Origin: Octopus sinensis
Lineage: Eukaryota
NCBI RefSeq assembly: GCF_006345805.1
Contig: NC_043023.1
Coordinates: 16,368,001-16,432,000 of the forward strand
Direction of reading: 5' to 3'
Length of the DNA: 64,000 nt
This document shows, in pieces, positions 12,491 to 24,527 of this stretch (its first letter is position 1; the number at the start of each line of letters is the position of its first letter). The notes under the pieces are model-generated. The model ran no database searches and was not told where the DNA came from. It saw only the letters and a list, made by a program, of their open reading frames with translations. Both the position numbers and the translations under genes were made by a program.

Positions 12491-13025
12491 ATCTTGTGTT
12501 GTCGGACGGAAGGAGAGTACAGCTGTCGTCTGAGTCAATCTTAAAAATTGACCCGCCTGGTTCCATGACGAACGAAGGTAAGCATTGCTTTCTCGTGATA
12601 GTAGCAGTTGCGAAAGAGGTTATATGGAAGACTAGAGTGAAAGGTATAATGGCAGACACTATGATATCTGGCACCGCCCTAACGGACTTTAGGTTCCATC
12701 TGAAAAGGAAGGTGGGGCTAGAGAAAAGGTGTCTGTATTCAAAAAAAGATGGATGCGTGTTGCACGGATGCTAGGTGTGAAAGGCCCTGCATGAACACGC
12801 CATGATCACTTACCAAAAGGTTTCAGTTTAAATAACAGGGCTCGTGGGGTCGGCTATCCTGTTCTTTTGACTTCATATGTCCGTCCCTTTTTGTTCTTGT
12901 GACTCATTCAATTTCATTTTCATTGTAAATGATCCATTCGATTTCACTGTAAATAGTTCCATTTCATGACCCCAAATCATTGTATTGTCCCCATCTATGT
13001 AAACCCTTATGGGTAATAAAGAAAT
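12491..13025 (+). mobile_element. 5'-truncated L1/Tx1-like LINE 3' end (also 23990-24524, 35481-36015)
   Basis: Translates ..FLVIVAVAKEVIWKTR..FHLKRKV.., then after a frameshift KRWMRVARML..stop at 12794. This is an IWxxR-type ORF2 C-terminus, followed by a T-rich 3'UTR ending AATAAAGAAAT. Confidence 0.65.
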
Positions 13026-13028
13026 AGC

Positions 13029-15183
13029 GGTTAAACCCGGTCAAATAAACAAAATAAAAATTTGTGTAATAGGTGTTAAAAAAACAACTTCCTCTAAACG
13101 AATATGAAAAAGAAAATGCGCGAACTAGGAGTTGGGGAGAGGCCTCGAAATTTCACATCTTCAGTCCACGGCCTTTAAACTAAGAAAAGAATAGTGTAAT
13201 TGGTGTAAAACTACTTGTTCTAAACGATTATCAAGAACACACATGAATCATAAACTCCGTATTCTTGTACGTATTTCGGAAAAAAAAGGGTTAATATAGG
13301 GCGTAACAAATATCAGAAAATCAAAAAAAAAATGTGTGTAATAGGTGTAAAACAACTTCCTATGAACGAATATGAAAAAAAATTCGCGCACGCGAAAGGG
13401 GGGTGGGGGAGAGGCCTCGGAAAATTCACATCGGGAAGTTCCGAAAGCGTCTGAGGGGCTGACCCGGGCACCAAAACAAAAAAAAAATAGTGTAATATGT
13501 GTAAAACAACTTGCTCTAAACGAATATGAAAAAAAAAATGCGCTCTCGAGAAAGAGGGGTGGGGGAGAGGCCTCGGAATATTTATATCGGGAATTTCCGA
13601 AAGCGTCTGAACCGGGCACAAAAACAAAAACAAAAACAGCGTAATAGGTGTAAAACAACTTGCTCTAAACGACTATCATGAAAAAAATGCGCGCTCGCGA
13701 AAGGGGGTGGGGGAGAGGCTTCGGAAATTTCACATCTTCAGTCCACGGCCTTTAAACTAAGAAAAAATAGTGTAATTGGTGTAAAACTACTTGTTCTAAA
13801 CGAGTATCAAGAACACACACTCACACATGAATCATAAACTCCGTATTTCGCAAAAAAAAAAATAAAGAGAAGAAATTCTGGAAAAAGTGAAGAAATGTTG
13901 GATCTCCGCCATGTGAATCAAAATACGTGTCAGAAACATCTTGAAATACTACAGAAATTATGTTACGAAAATGATAATGTATACATACCTCTTTGAGTGG
14001 TCCATCGATAATGATGATAAAGAAATGAGTTGGATTTGAACTCAGAATATTGACTAACACAACTACATACTACAAGACTCAAAATATTCAGCCAAGTCAC
14101 CACCCTTTAACTAGCAATAATAATAACATCAATAACATAACAGCCAAAAGATTTATTTGTTCTGAAAATAACAATCATAGTAAATAAATATGTTCTTTAA
14201 TATTCACATTCATGTGCACAGTTAAACACACTTACATACAAACAGTCACGCATGCATAATACAGAACGGAACACATAAATGAAGGATGCATTACTTAGTA
14301 TATATTACATCTAGAGAATTTTGATTAATAAGTCAAATATGCAAATTATAAAGATAATTAATTGCTTTACTAAACAGTGTTGTAAAGGTGAAAAAATAAA
14401 TTTGGGAAAAAAATACACGCCAAAACTAATTAATAAAGGATAATTAGGGAAGGATTGACACAAAATAATAATTTTTTCTGTCTCTTTTTTTCTGATAAAT
14501 GCATCTTAATAAGGGAGAAGAATTGCATATATCTGAACTATTTCAAAGAAAAGCATAAATTTAATGTTTAAAATAGCTTTAACCAAAGAATGAGATCCAA
14601 CATTTCTTCACTTTTTCCAGAATTTCTTCTCTTTATTTTTTTTTTTGCGAAATACGGAGTTTATGATTCATGTGTGAGTGTGTGTTCTTGATACTCGTTT
14701 AGAACAAGTAGTTTTACACCAATTACACTATTTTTTCTTAGTTTAAAGGCCGTGGACTGAAGATGTGAAATTTCCGAAGCCTCTCCCCCACCCCCCTTTC
14801 GCGAGCGCGCATTTTTTTCATGATAGTCGTTTAGAGCAAGTTGTTTTACACATATTACACTATTTTTTTTTTGTTTTGGTGCCCGGGTCAGCTCCTCAGA
14901 CGCTTTCGGAACTTCCCGATGTGAATTTTCCGAGGCCTCTCCCCCACCCCCCTTTCGCGTGCGCGAATTTTTTTTTTCATATTCGTTCATAGGAAGTTGT
15001 TTTACACCTATTACACACATTTTTTTTTCATTTTCTGATATTTGTTACGCCCTATATTAACCAAAAAAAGCACCCCTATCGCGAGCGCGCATCTTTTTCG
15101 TCATTCGTTTAGAGCAAGTAGTTTTACACAAATTTGTTTTTTTTTTTTGCTTTTTTGACCGGGTTTAACGCTTTAGTTTGACC
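13029..15183. mobile_element. Foldback element (long modular TIRs, 8-bp TSD GAAATAGC)
   Basis: Arms 13029-13906 and 14592-15183 are inverted copies built from ~120-bp subrepeats, around an AT-rich loop at 13907-14591. GAAATAGC occurs at 13021-13028 and 15184-15191. Confidence 0.88.
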
Positions 15184-15205
15184 GAAATAGCTTCTTCAAA
15201 ACACC

Positions 15206-15221
15206 GGGCCTTTTCAGGGCC
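15206..15221 (+). other. Orphan, degenerate histone stem-loop with no upstream CDS (also 26703-26718)
   Basis: GGGCCTTTTCAGGGCC-ACCTA lies within an 80-bp copy (15189-15268) of the H4 3' region 12409-12490. Confidence 0.9.
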
Positions 15222-15722
15222 ACCTACTTTTTAATTTAAGTCAACTCTTCTAAATCGCGATGTGCTTCTTCTGTGTTTAGACGTTAATTTGCAGCTACTG
15301 GTTTTCGAGGTGCCCCTTTGGGAAAGTTGGTGCACGCCCTTTTGGGGAGAAGGGTTATTTCACACCGAAGTGCGATCCTTTACCCTAAACAATTTACGTT
15401 TTATTATATCGTTGACGCGATTGCTGGTTCACAGGGACTAAGTAGATTTCTCTTTAGAAAGTCTAGTAACACTTGGGAGTAATATTTAAAAACTATTGAA
15501 AATGAAAATTAAATTTTGTGCCAGCTACGGAACAAAAAGTCTGCAGCCTCCAATAGAAATACGGGCGGGGTTTAATTTTTGGGTGTGTATTTCCCTGTCC
15601 TTGTTTAGGCCCCGTTAGTGGGTTTTGTTATTGCATAGTCATTCCATTATGCAGAAGACAATCGAAAAAGTTAGGAAGAATTGTAAAAGAAAAATGTTAG
15701 CGGTTCGGATGCAAGGTGAATT

Positions 15723-16126
15723 GGCAATCTTTCGTCTCTAGTAGACCTTTCCGTCGATTTCCGTAAAAAAATTTTTTTTTTTTACATATGGGCTTGCGGG
15801 AACTTTTGAAGTAATGAGAGCGAAAGAGATTAAGAGAAAGCGATTGTAAGACGAGGGAAGTTCTTTTGAAGTTACCGTGCATGGGAAGCATTGATGTACA
15901 TGTGTGTGTGTGTGTGTTTGATGGGGTGTGGAAGACAGACAGTATGTTGTGTAAGTGAAGTGCTTCTGTTAGTGTGTGAAAGAAAGAGATAACTGAACTT
16001 TTTACTCGGTGTATGTGTATATGTATGTATATTACTTCAAAAGTTCCCGCAAGCCCATATGTAAAAAAAAAAAAAAATTTTTTTACGGAAATCGACGGAA
16101 AGGTCTACAAGAGACGAAAGATCGCC
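15723..16126. mobile_element. MITE with ~100-bp TIRs, GG..CC ends and 8-bp TSD GGTGAATT (also 27220-27622)
   Basis: GGCAATCTTTCGTCTC.. / ..GAGACGAAAGATCGCC. TSD at 15715-15722 and 16127-16134. Confidence 0.88.
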
Positions 16127-16335
16127 GGTGAATTTTTCTTTGCCTCTGCCGAGTAATCGGTTCTTACACTTTTTTACCGCTATTAGACGACTTTTTGTTT
16201 TGGTGGCCGGGTGTTAAGCTTATTAACTCGTAAAGGTAAGTAAGTATTATTGTACATCTTTACGTGTGAAAGATAATGGGTGTGTGCGAGCGTGTTCACT
16301 CACATGATCGTGAAAAGCAGACGATATTCAGTATA

Positions 16336-16504
16336 CAGTAGTCCCTCGTCGCTATATCACGGTTTACGATTCCTCCGTGGTGTTCTGTATTTATAAATAG
16401 TATATTCAAATATTTAAAAATATATACAGTAGTTTCTACTTCGGATTTTCACCTAACGCGGGACTTTTTGGAACGTAACACCTGCGATAGCCGAGGGGTT
16501 ATTG
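16336..16504. mobile_element. pogo/Tigger-like MITE
   Basis: TA|CAGTAGTCCCTCG...CGAGGGGTTATTG|TA. Confidence 0.6.
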
Positions 16505-16558
16505 TATTGGTGAGGACGAAGCCCCGGCTGCTGCGGAGAACAAAAACTTTAATGAAAT

Positions 16559-16808
16559 TTTATATATAAAAAGTAAGGTTGTGTGTCTGTCTACTACGAT
16601 TTAGATTCCTAACTACTCCCACATTTTGCGGTGCAGTGTAACCAAAACCGGGTATCTTATAGTCGTGATTCATATCGAGCCCTTCTGGGTGTTAGCGCGC
16701 GTCTACGATTTTTAAAATAATTTACCATCATTTTTTGCTATAACTCTCTAAAAATGCTTTATAGTTATTTCCCTTACAAACCCGAGCAACGCCGGACGAT
16801 ACTGCTAG
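16559..16808 (+). mobile_element. Non-autonomous Helitron (also 28055-28304)
   Basis: 5' TATATATAAAA start, subterminal GC-rich hairpin-like CCCGAGCAACGCCGG, and 3' CTAG followed by T. Confidence 0.7.
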
Positions 16809-17441
16809 TTTTATATGAATACCTTTCAATTCACACTCAATATTGAGCGTTTATGGGGAAGCAGGAAAAAATGTATTTGGAATGTCGCTCGGTTATTATT
16901 CATACGGGTCATCGCCGACCCAGCGACTTGATAACGTTCTTTTGGAGGCTTATATACCCGTGTCCCTAATGGCACGGAAGAATGTATACCGCTAGGTACA
17001 TTGGCGCATTTTTTATGTTGTAAAACATTAAATATAGATCTTGTTAACTTTCCTTATTGGTGACTGAGAGAGAACTTGTAGTAATTAACCGAAAATATTA
17101 AGATAAGGAGGGTATCGGACGGGCGTGAGATATGCTAAAAACAACAGTTGTCTCTCACCATGGTACATGGGATCTTTTTAAAAGCATTTCCATATTTCAA
17201 TGGAATACCCTTAAGCAGATAAGTAATTTATGTATTTCCTTCTCTTTGAACCACCTCGGAAAAGATTTTCCCCACAAATTTCTTTATAATAGTAATCTGT
17301 CGCTTGAAAAAAACCCCCCACATTTCCTAAAAGTCATGAGCAAAAGACTCGGATCTTGTGAATTTTTCCCGGTTGCTTTCATGCACATTTTTCTCTACTC
17401 TTTGCACCACCCTTAAAAAAGTTTTCATTTCTACATAAACC

Positions 17442-17558
17442 CCCGTTTTCGACTACGGATAATACCTCTGATTCATGTAAAATTTCAATATAAAAACTCC
17501 GTATTTTCTTTCCGCATAATTTGAAAAAAAAAATTGTATTATCCGTAGGCGAAAACGG
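17442..17558. repeat. Short inverted-repeat element
   Basis: CCGTTTTCGACTACGGATAATAC / GTATTATCCGTAGGCGAAAACGG. Confidence 0.6.
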
Positions 17559-18248
17559 CGCCTTTTTCTTTTTTCAATTAGCTCCCTCTCCAGACCGTTG
17601 TTTCTCCATGACCTGTTGGGTTTAGGGAAATCTTTAAAAAAATTGAGAAAACACTAAAAATCAGAGACGAAGAAGGTTGTCTGTTAGAAACAACAGCCTA
17701 ATCTCCCTTTAATCACACTTTTTTGCATCTGAATAATTCTCTTAACATTAAAATTCGGTCGTCATTCCGCTGTTCAAATATGACGATTACAATCTAAATC
17801 TACCACACACCCATCATACTCCGTAGCAAAGTCTTAATACCTTCAGTCTGAAAGATGCAACTTACGGGGAGGACTGGTCATTGTTTCTAGCACATCCCAG
17901 GCTTGTCACTTGCATGGATGTATAATTTCAACGGTTGTAAAATAAAAATGTGTAGAAAACGAATATGAAAACAAAAATGCGCAGAAAGCAGACGTCGGAA
18001 AATTCACAACATCCAAACTTTTCCACTATTTAGGAAAATATTTAAAAAAATTTTATATAAATACCCCACCTGCTTCGACGTGTATAAATCACGTACCTTT
18101 ACTTCCCCCAGTCCATTCTATGGCCGTTAACACCCTAACCCCAAAAACATGGATCGCAAATCGGCAGAAAATCTGAATTAACTTTCATGAGAATGTGGGT
18201 GGCCCTGAAAAGGACCGTTATTCTTCGATGAAGAGAAACTAAGCAGGT

Positions 18249-18626
18249 TTATTTGCTGCTAGTGTATTTGGTGACGGCCTTAGTACCCTCAGAGACGGCG
18301 TGTTTGGCCAACTCACCAGGAAGGAGAAGACGGACAGCAGTCTGCACCTCACGGCTACTGATGGTCGAACGTTTGTTGTAGTGAGCCAAGCGGCTGGATT
18401 CAGAAGCTATTCTTTCGAACAGATCGTTGACAAAACTGTTCATGATGGACATAGCTTTGCTGGAGATGCCAGTGTCCGGGTGGACTTGCTTCATCACTTT
18501 GTAGATGTAGATGGAATAACTTTCCTTCCTCTTCTTCTTACGTTTCTTGTCCCCGGCAGGGCGAGAGGTCTTGGCCTTGGAAGCCTTCTTGGCTCCTTTC
18601 GAAGCAGTTGCTGGTGCTGGTGGCAT
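18249..18626 (-). CDS. H2B: Histone H2B (unit 2)
   Basis: 125-aa canonical H2B with a stem-loop. Confidence 0.99.
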   Translation of the reverse strand: MPPAPATASKGAKKASKAKTSRPAGDKKRKKKRKESYSIYIYKVMKQVHPDTGISSKAMSIMNSFVNDLFERIASESSRLAHYNKRSTISSREVQTAVRLLLPGELAKHAVSEGTKAVTKYTSSK

Positions 18627-18900
18627 AATGTCACTTGCGAAAGCTACTCAGCAACCCTCGTCCACGCTATTTATAATTGACAAGTAGGCTCAGCCGAGCA
18701 CCTTGCTGACGTTTCGCGCCAATCAATTTCATTGGTGGAATTTGACAGCCTTCTAATCACGTGACATAAACCCGCTCCTTTTTCGCTCGGCAGTTTGTGA
18801 CTGCTGGAGCCTCCTGACTGCTATTTAAAGGCAAAAGCCGCCCTCTTTTTTAATTCTTTGGCCGTCTTCTTTGTTGAGAACTACTGTCGAACTTTGAAAT

Positions 18901-19278
18901 ATGTCTGGACGTGGTAAAGGAGGAAAAGTAAAGGGAAAGAGCAAGACCCGTTCGTCCCGTGCCGGACTTCAGTTCCCTGTCGGTCGTATCCACCGTCTTC
19001 TCCGTAAGGGAAATTATGCCCAACGTGTCGGTGCCGGAGCCCCAGTCTACTTGGCCGCTGTAATGGAATATTTGGCTGCTGAGGTGTTGGAATTGGCAGG
19101 AAATGCTGCCAGAGATAACAAGAAATCGAGAATCATTCCCCGTCACTTGCAGTTGGCCATCCGTAACGACGAAGAATTGAACAAACTTTTGTCCGGAGTG
19201 ACCATCGCCCAGGGTGGTGTTCTTCCCAACATTCAGGCTGTTCTTCTGCCCAAGAAAACCCAGAAGGCTTCCAAGTAA
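18901..19278 (+). CDS. H2A: Histone H2A (unit 2)
   Basis: 125-aa canonical H2A ending [11 protein letters not shown]. Confidence 0.99.
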   Translation: MSGRGKGGKVKGKSKTRSSRAGLQFPVGRIHRLLRKGNYAQRVGAGAPVYLAAVMEYLAAEVLELAGNAARDNKKSRIIPRHLQLAIRNDEELNKLLSGVTIAQGGVLPNIQAVLLPKKTQKASK

Positions 19279-21249
19279 ATTAATTCGGTGGCATTTTTTG
19301 CTTTATCCGTATCAACGGCCCTTTTCAGGGCCTCTCACACTTTGCGTATTTGTCTTTTCTCGACTTAATATTTGCGATTTTTTCGTCTGAAGAATTTTTG
19401 GTACTACTTCAGAAGAGTGGTCCCAGTGCGCGCACTCGCGCTAGCTAGACGTGTCTAGTCGATCCTTTGTGTTTCTTATTTACTTTAATTCATTTTGTGT
19501 TTTATTTACTTTGTTTAGAAATAATTATTTATTTTGTGTTTTATTTACTTTGCTAGGATCGTCTCGTTACGAGTGGCTAGCGCGAGTGCGCGCACCAGGA
19601 CCTCGTTATGTACTACCGAATTTTTGCATTTTTTCTCACGCAGGGGGAAACGATTGGTCTAGTCTCCAGAGATTCGCCACCCGCTTCCATAACATTAGCG
19701 TAACCAATATTTCGGAAATGGTAGCAGAGACGTCATTGTAATCAGCTGTTTTATCTTTACCAATTTACTAAATCTATTTTATGTGGACGTGATTCATCTT
19801 TACCAACGAATTGTTTATTTATGTACACTGTATTGTGTCTATACGCGTGTATTCTACCAGTGGCTGGGGTTGTTTCTCAGAATCTTTTCGGTTTGACCGG
19901 CAGTTTTTTTTCTAGCAGTGTCATATGAAATTGTCATCCATAATTATTACCCTAGTATCGATCTATTGCATTTCAATCTGTTTTAGGGCTAGGGTTTGGA
20001 GGGAAGGGTATCTTTTTTTTCTTCGGAATTGTAAGGGACCACAGAACGTTTTCACCTCACTAGACGTCATTGATTGGTTGAAAAAAAAACAAGTATCTTA
20101 CAAACTGTAGAATTTTCTCAATAAAGCCAAGAGAAAAAGATGTTTTATGAACACATTCTACCAGTATACGAAGTTTAAAAGTGTTTAGTTACGTGGAAAT
20201 TATTTTAAAAAGCTGCCGGTCAAACCGAAAAGATCCCCCCAAACCTGAAAAAATCCGCAAGCCTTCTATCATACTCTCAATTTTGATCAACTTGCTCCGC
20301 AGGGTCTCAGAGGAGATAGTGTTAGTTGAAGGCTACCAAACCTGCCATACACAGACAATTTCAGCTTTATATATATATATATACTAGCAGTGCTGCCAGG
20401 GTCTGTTTCGATCCTTTAGAATTGGAACTTTTGAAGTAAAAATTTCGCATTATTCTCTTTAAGTGAACATTTTTCTGGTTGAAATACACCGAAAAATGTC
20501 GATACAGCAGTGAAAAAATCGTAAGAAAATAGGGATTTTCATAGAAAAAAGCATTTTTTGATGTAAATAAATTTTGGTGTTAACATGGTCCGATTCGAAT
20601 TTTTTCTTCTACGGAATGAAGAGCAAGCCTTCTATCATACTCTCAATTTTGGTCAACTTGCACCGCAGGGTCTCGGAGGAGATGGTGTTAGTTGAAGGCT
20701 ACCAAACCTGCCACACAGACAACTTCAGCTTTATGTATCGACTTTTAACCACAACGGCACAAGGGAGACCACTCTGAATCTTAGCTGCCCTCGCTGTGTT
20801 CAAATTCCGTCGAGGTCGACTTTACCGTTCATCCCTTCGGGGTCGATTAAATAAGTACCAGTTACGCACTGGGGTCGATGCAATCGACTTAATCCCATTG
20901 TCCGTCCTTACTTGTCCCCTCTGTGTTTAGCCCTTTGTGGGTAATAAATAAATAGGTATCTCGGCTGCCGTTACGTTCTGAGTTCAAATTCCGCCGAGGT
21001 CGACAAATTAAGTACCTGTTACGCACTGGGGTCGATATAATCGACTTAATACCCATGTCTGTCCCCTGTGTTTAGCCCCTTGTGGGTAATAAAGAGCACT
21101 GTCATGCTTCAGAAGTGAAAGTCGTCAACTTCGTGTATTTACGTGGTCAGGTTTATACCTTCGTTAATTTACGTACCACCACGCTGTTAGGTTTATAAAA
21201 CAATTGAAGTTCAGTTTAAAGTTTATAAATAAATACATTTCATTACATG

Positions 21250-21726
21250 GGCGAAGTTTCGTTTGTCGTAGCACACGTTTCCGTAAAAAACTTTTATTTT
21301 TTTACATATGGCTTTGCGGGAATATTTGAAGTAATGAGAGCGAAAGAGACTAAGAGAAAGCGATTGTATGACGAGGGAAGTTCTTTTGAAGTTACCGTCC
21401 AGGGGAAGCATTGATGTACATGTGTGTTTGATGGGGTGTGGGAGACAGAAAGTATGTTGTGTAAGTGAAGTGCTTCTGTTAGTGTGTGCGAAGAGACAGA
21501 GAGAGATAACTGAAATTTTTTACTCGGTGTATGTGTGTGTGTGTATGTATCTATGTATGTGTGTGTGTATGTATGTATGTATGGCCGATTCAGTGTAATT
21601 TTTTACTCGGTGTATGATATATGTGTGTATGTGTATGTATCTATGTATGTATGTATGGCCGATTCAGTGTTTACATTTTTTACGGAAATCGACGGAAACG
21701 TGTGCTACAACAAACGAAACTTCGCC
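21250..21726. mobile_element. MITE with GG..CC ends and a 9-bp TSD (also 32746-33222; absent from unit 1)
   Basis: TIR GGCGAAGTTTCGTTTGT / ACAAACGAAACTTCGCC, flanks CATTACATG / CATTCCATG. Internal sequence is shared with the 15723 MITE. Confidence 0.88.
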
Positions 21727-22894
21727 CATTCCATGTTCTGTTTAAACTTTATAAATAAATATATTCTTGCATTATTCATTAGTTTTTAAAAAAGAAATCA
21801 CACCAAATCTGCAAGGATTCTTTCTCTCCAAGTTTTAAATGAGACATTGCTGGCATAATTTCGTTATGAAAAAAGTTAAAAATGAAGGAAAGTGGGTGTT
21901 ATAAATTAGAAATGTCTATTTTTGCAGATTAGCATTCCCCGTCGACTTGAAGCAGGCTATTCACGTGCTAAAAATAACAGCCAAATCTCCAAAACTGCGA
22001 TAACAGAACGAAAGAAACCTGTAAACAACCTACTCACCTTTGCACATTCTTCTATCAGAAACCTCCCGCAGTAACGACAAAGTAAAGATATAAAAAAATA
22101 AGTGCGGAAATAACAAAAAATAACCAGCGCAAAACATCATATGCTTCTGGAACTGAAAATGTGCATTATAAGGGGAAAATCGGATGCCGGTCCCCACCCG
22201 TCAGGATCGTTTGCGCAAATCCTTTCTATTCATATTCGATTTCTACAATTACTGGATCTTTTCGGTTTAAACGGCAGCTTTTTTTAGTGGTGTCATATGA
22301 AATTATCACCCATAATTATGACCCTAGTATCGATCTATTGCATTTCAATCTGTTTTAGGGTTAGTGGGGAAAGGATATCATTTTCTCTTCAGAAATGTAA
22401 ATAAACCCAATATGTTTCTTAAACGAGGGACATATTCATACGGCACAGAATGTTTCCTTACCTCAATAGAGTATCTCTATTATGATCATGGCGATTTTAT
22501 ATAAAATGAGACAATACAAGACAAACAAAAGACAAAGATGCTATATGAGGTCGCATAGAGTAAATATTAAAAATTTACTCAAATAATATGTATTTTATAT
22601 ATCGTTCTACAAACTTAGAACTTCGATTTAAACTGAAACAAAGCCACAGAAACACCGTTACCTCAATAGACGTCAGATTTATAAACACATTCCATCAGTA
22701 TACGAAATTTAAAAGTTCTTAGTTACCTAGAAATTATGTTAAAAACTGCCGTTCAAACCGAAAAGCTGGAATTTCTCCTGTTTTCGCTATGGAGCGAGGA
22801 TCTTAAGCATATCAAAGGTCGAAAGAGAATACTTAGGATACAATGTGGCGGCCCTAAAAAGGGCCATTTAAAATGCTGACAAAGCAACAGAGAC

Positions 22895-23314
<420 letters not shown>

Positions 23315-23444
23315 TCAACTAAAAATACAAAGGGGCCAACCGTCACACTTTATATAGTGACCGTTAAAGAAGGAAAGATCGGGCGGGAAGATGGTTTTCT
23401 TAGATTTACAAATGACAGCTGCCCGCCAAACCGACTGCTGCTGA

Positions 23445-23894
<450 letters not shown>

Positions 23895-24527
23895 GCTAAG
23901 AACCTTGAGCTTCTTTGAAACATACCGGCCCTTTTCAGGGCCACCCACTTTTTAATTTAAGTCAACTCTTCTAAATCGCGATGTGCTTCATCTTGTGTTG
24001 TCGGACGGAAGGAGAGTACAGCTGTCGTCTGAGTCAATCTTAAAAATTGACCCGCCTGGTTCCATGACGAACGAAGGTAAGCATTGCTTTCTCGTGATAG
24101 TAGCAGTTGCGAAAGAGGTTATATGGAAGACTAGAGTGAAAGGTATAATGGCAGACACTATGATATCTGGCACCGCCCTAACGGACTTTAGGTTCCATCT
24201 GAAAAGGAAGGTGGGGCTAGAGAAAAGGTGTCTGTATTCAAAAAAAGATGGATGCGTGTTGCACGGATGCTAGGTGTGAAAGGCCCTGCATGAACACGCC
24301 ATGATCACTTACCAAAAGGTTTCAGTTTAAATAACAGGGCTCGTGGGGTCGGCTATCCTGTTCTTTTGACTTCATATGTCCGTCCCTTTTTGTTCTTGTG
24401 ACTCATTCAATTTCATTTTCATTGTAAATGATCCATTCGATTTCACTGTAAATAGTTCCATTTCATGACCCCAAATCATTGTATTGTCCCCATCTATGTA
24501 AACCCTTATGGGTAATAAAGAAATAGC

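Noticed and set aside
13248-15020. Lys/Gly-rich ORFs in the spacer as a possible H1 or protamine-like gene feeding the orphan stem-loop
   Set aside because: They are translations of foldback subrepeats, their frames differ between units 1 and 2, and there is no winged-helix motif.
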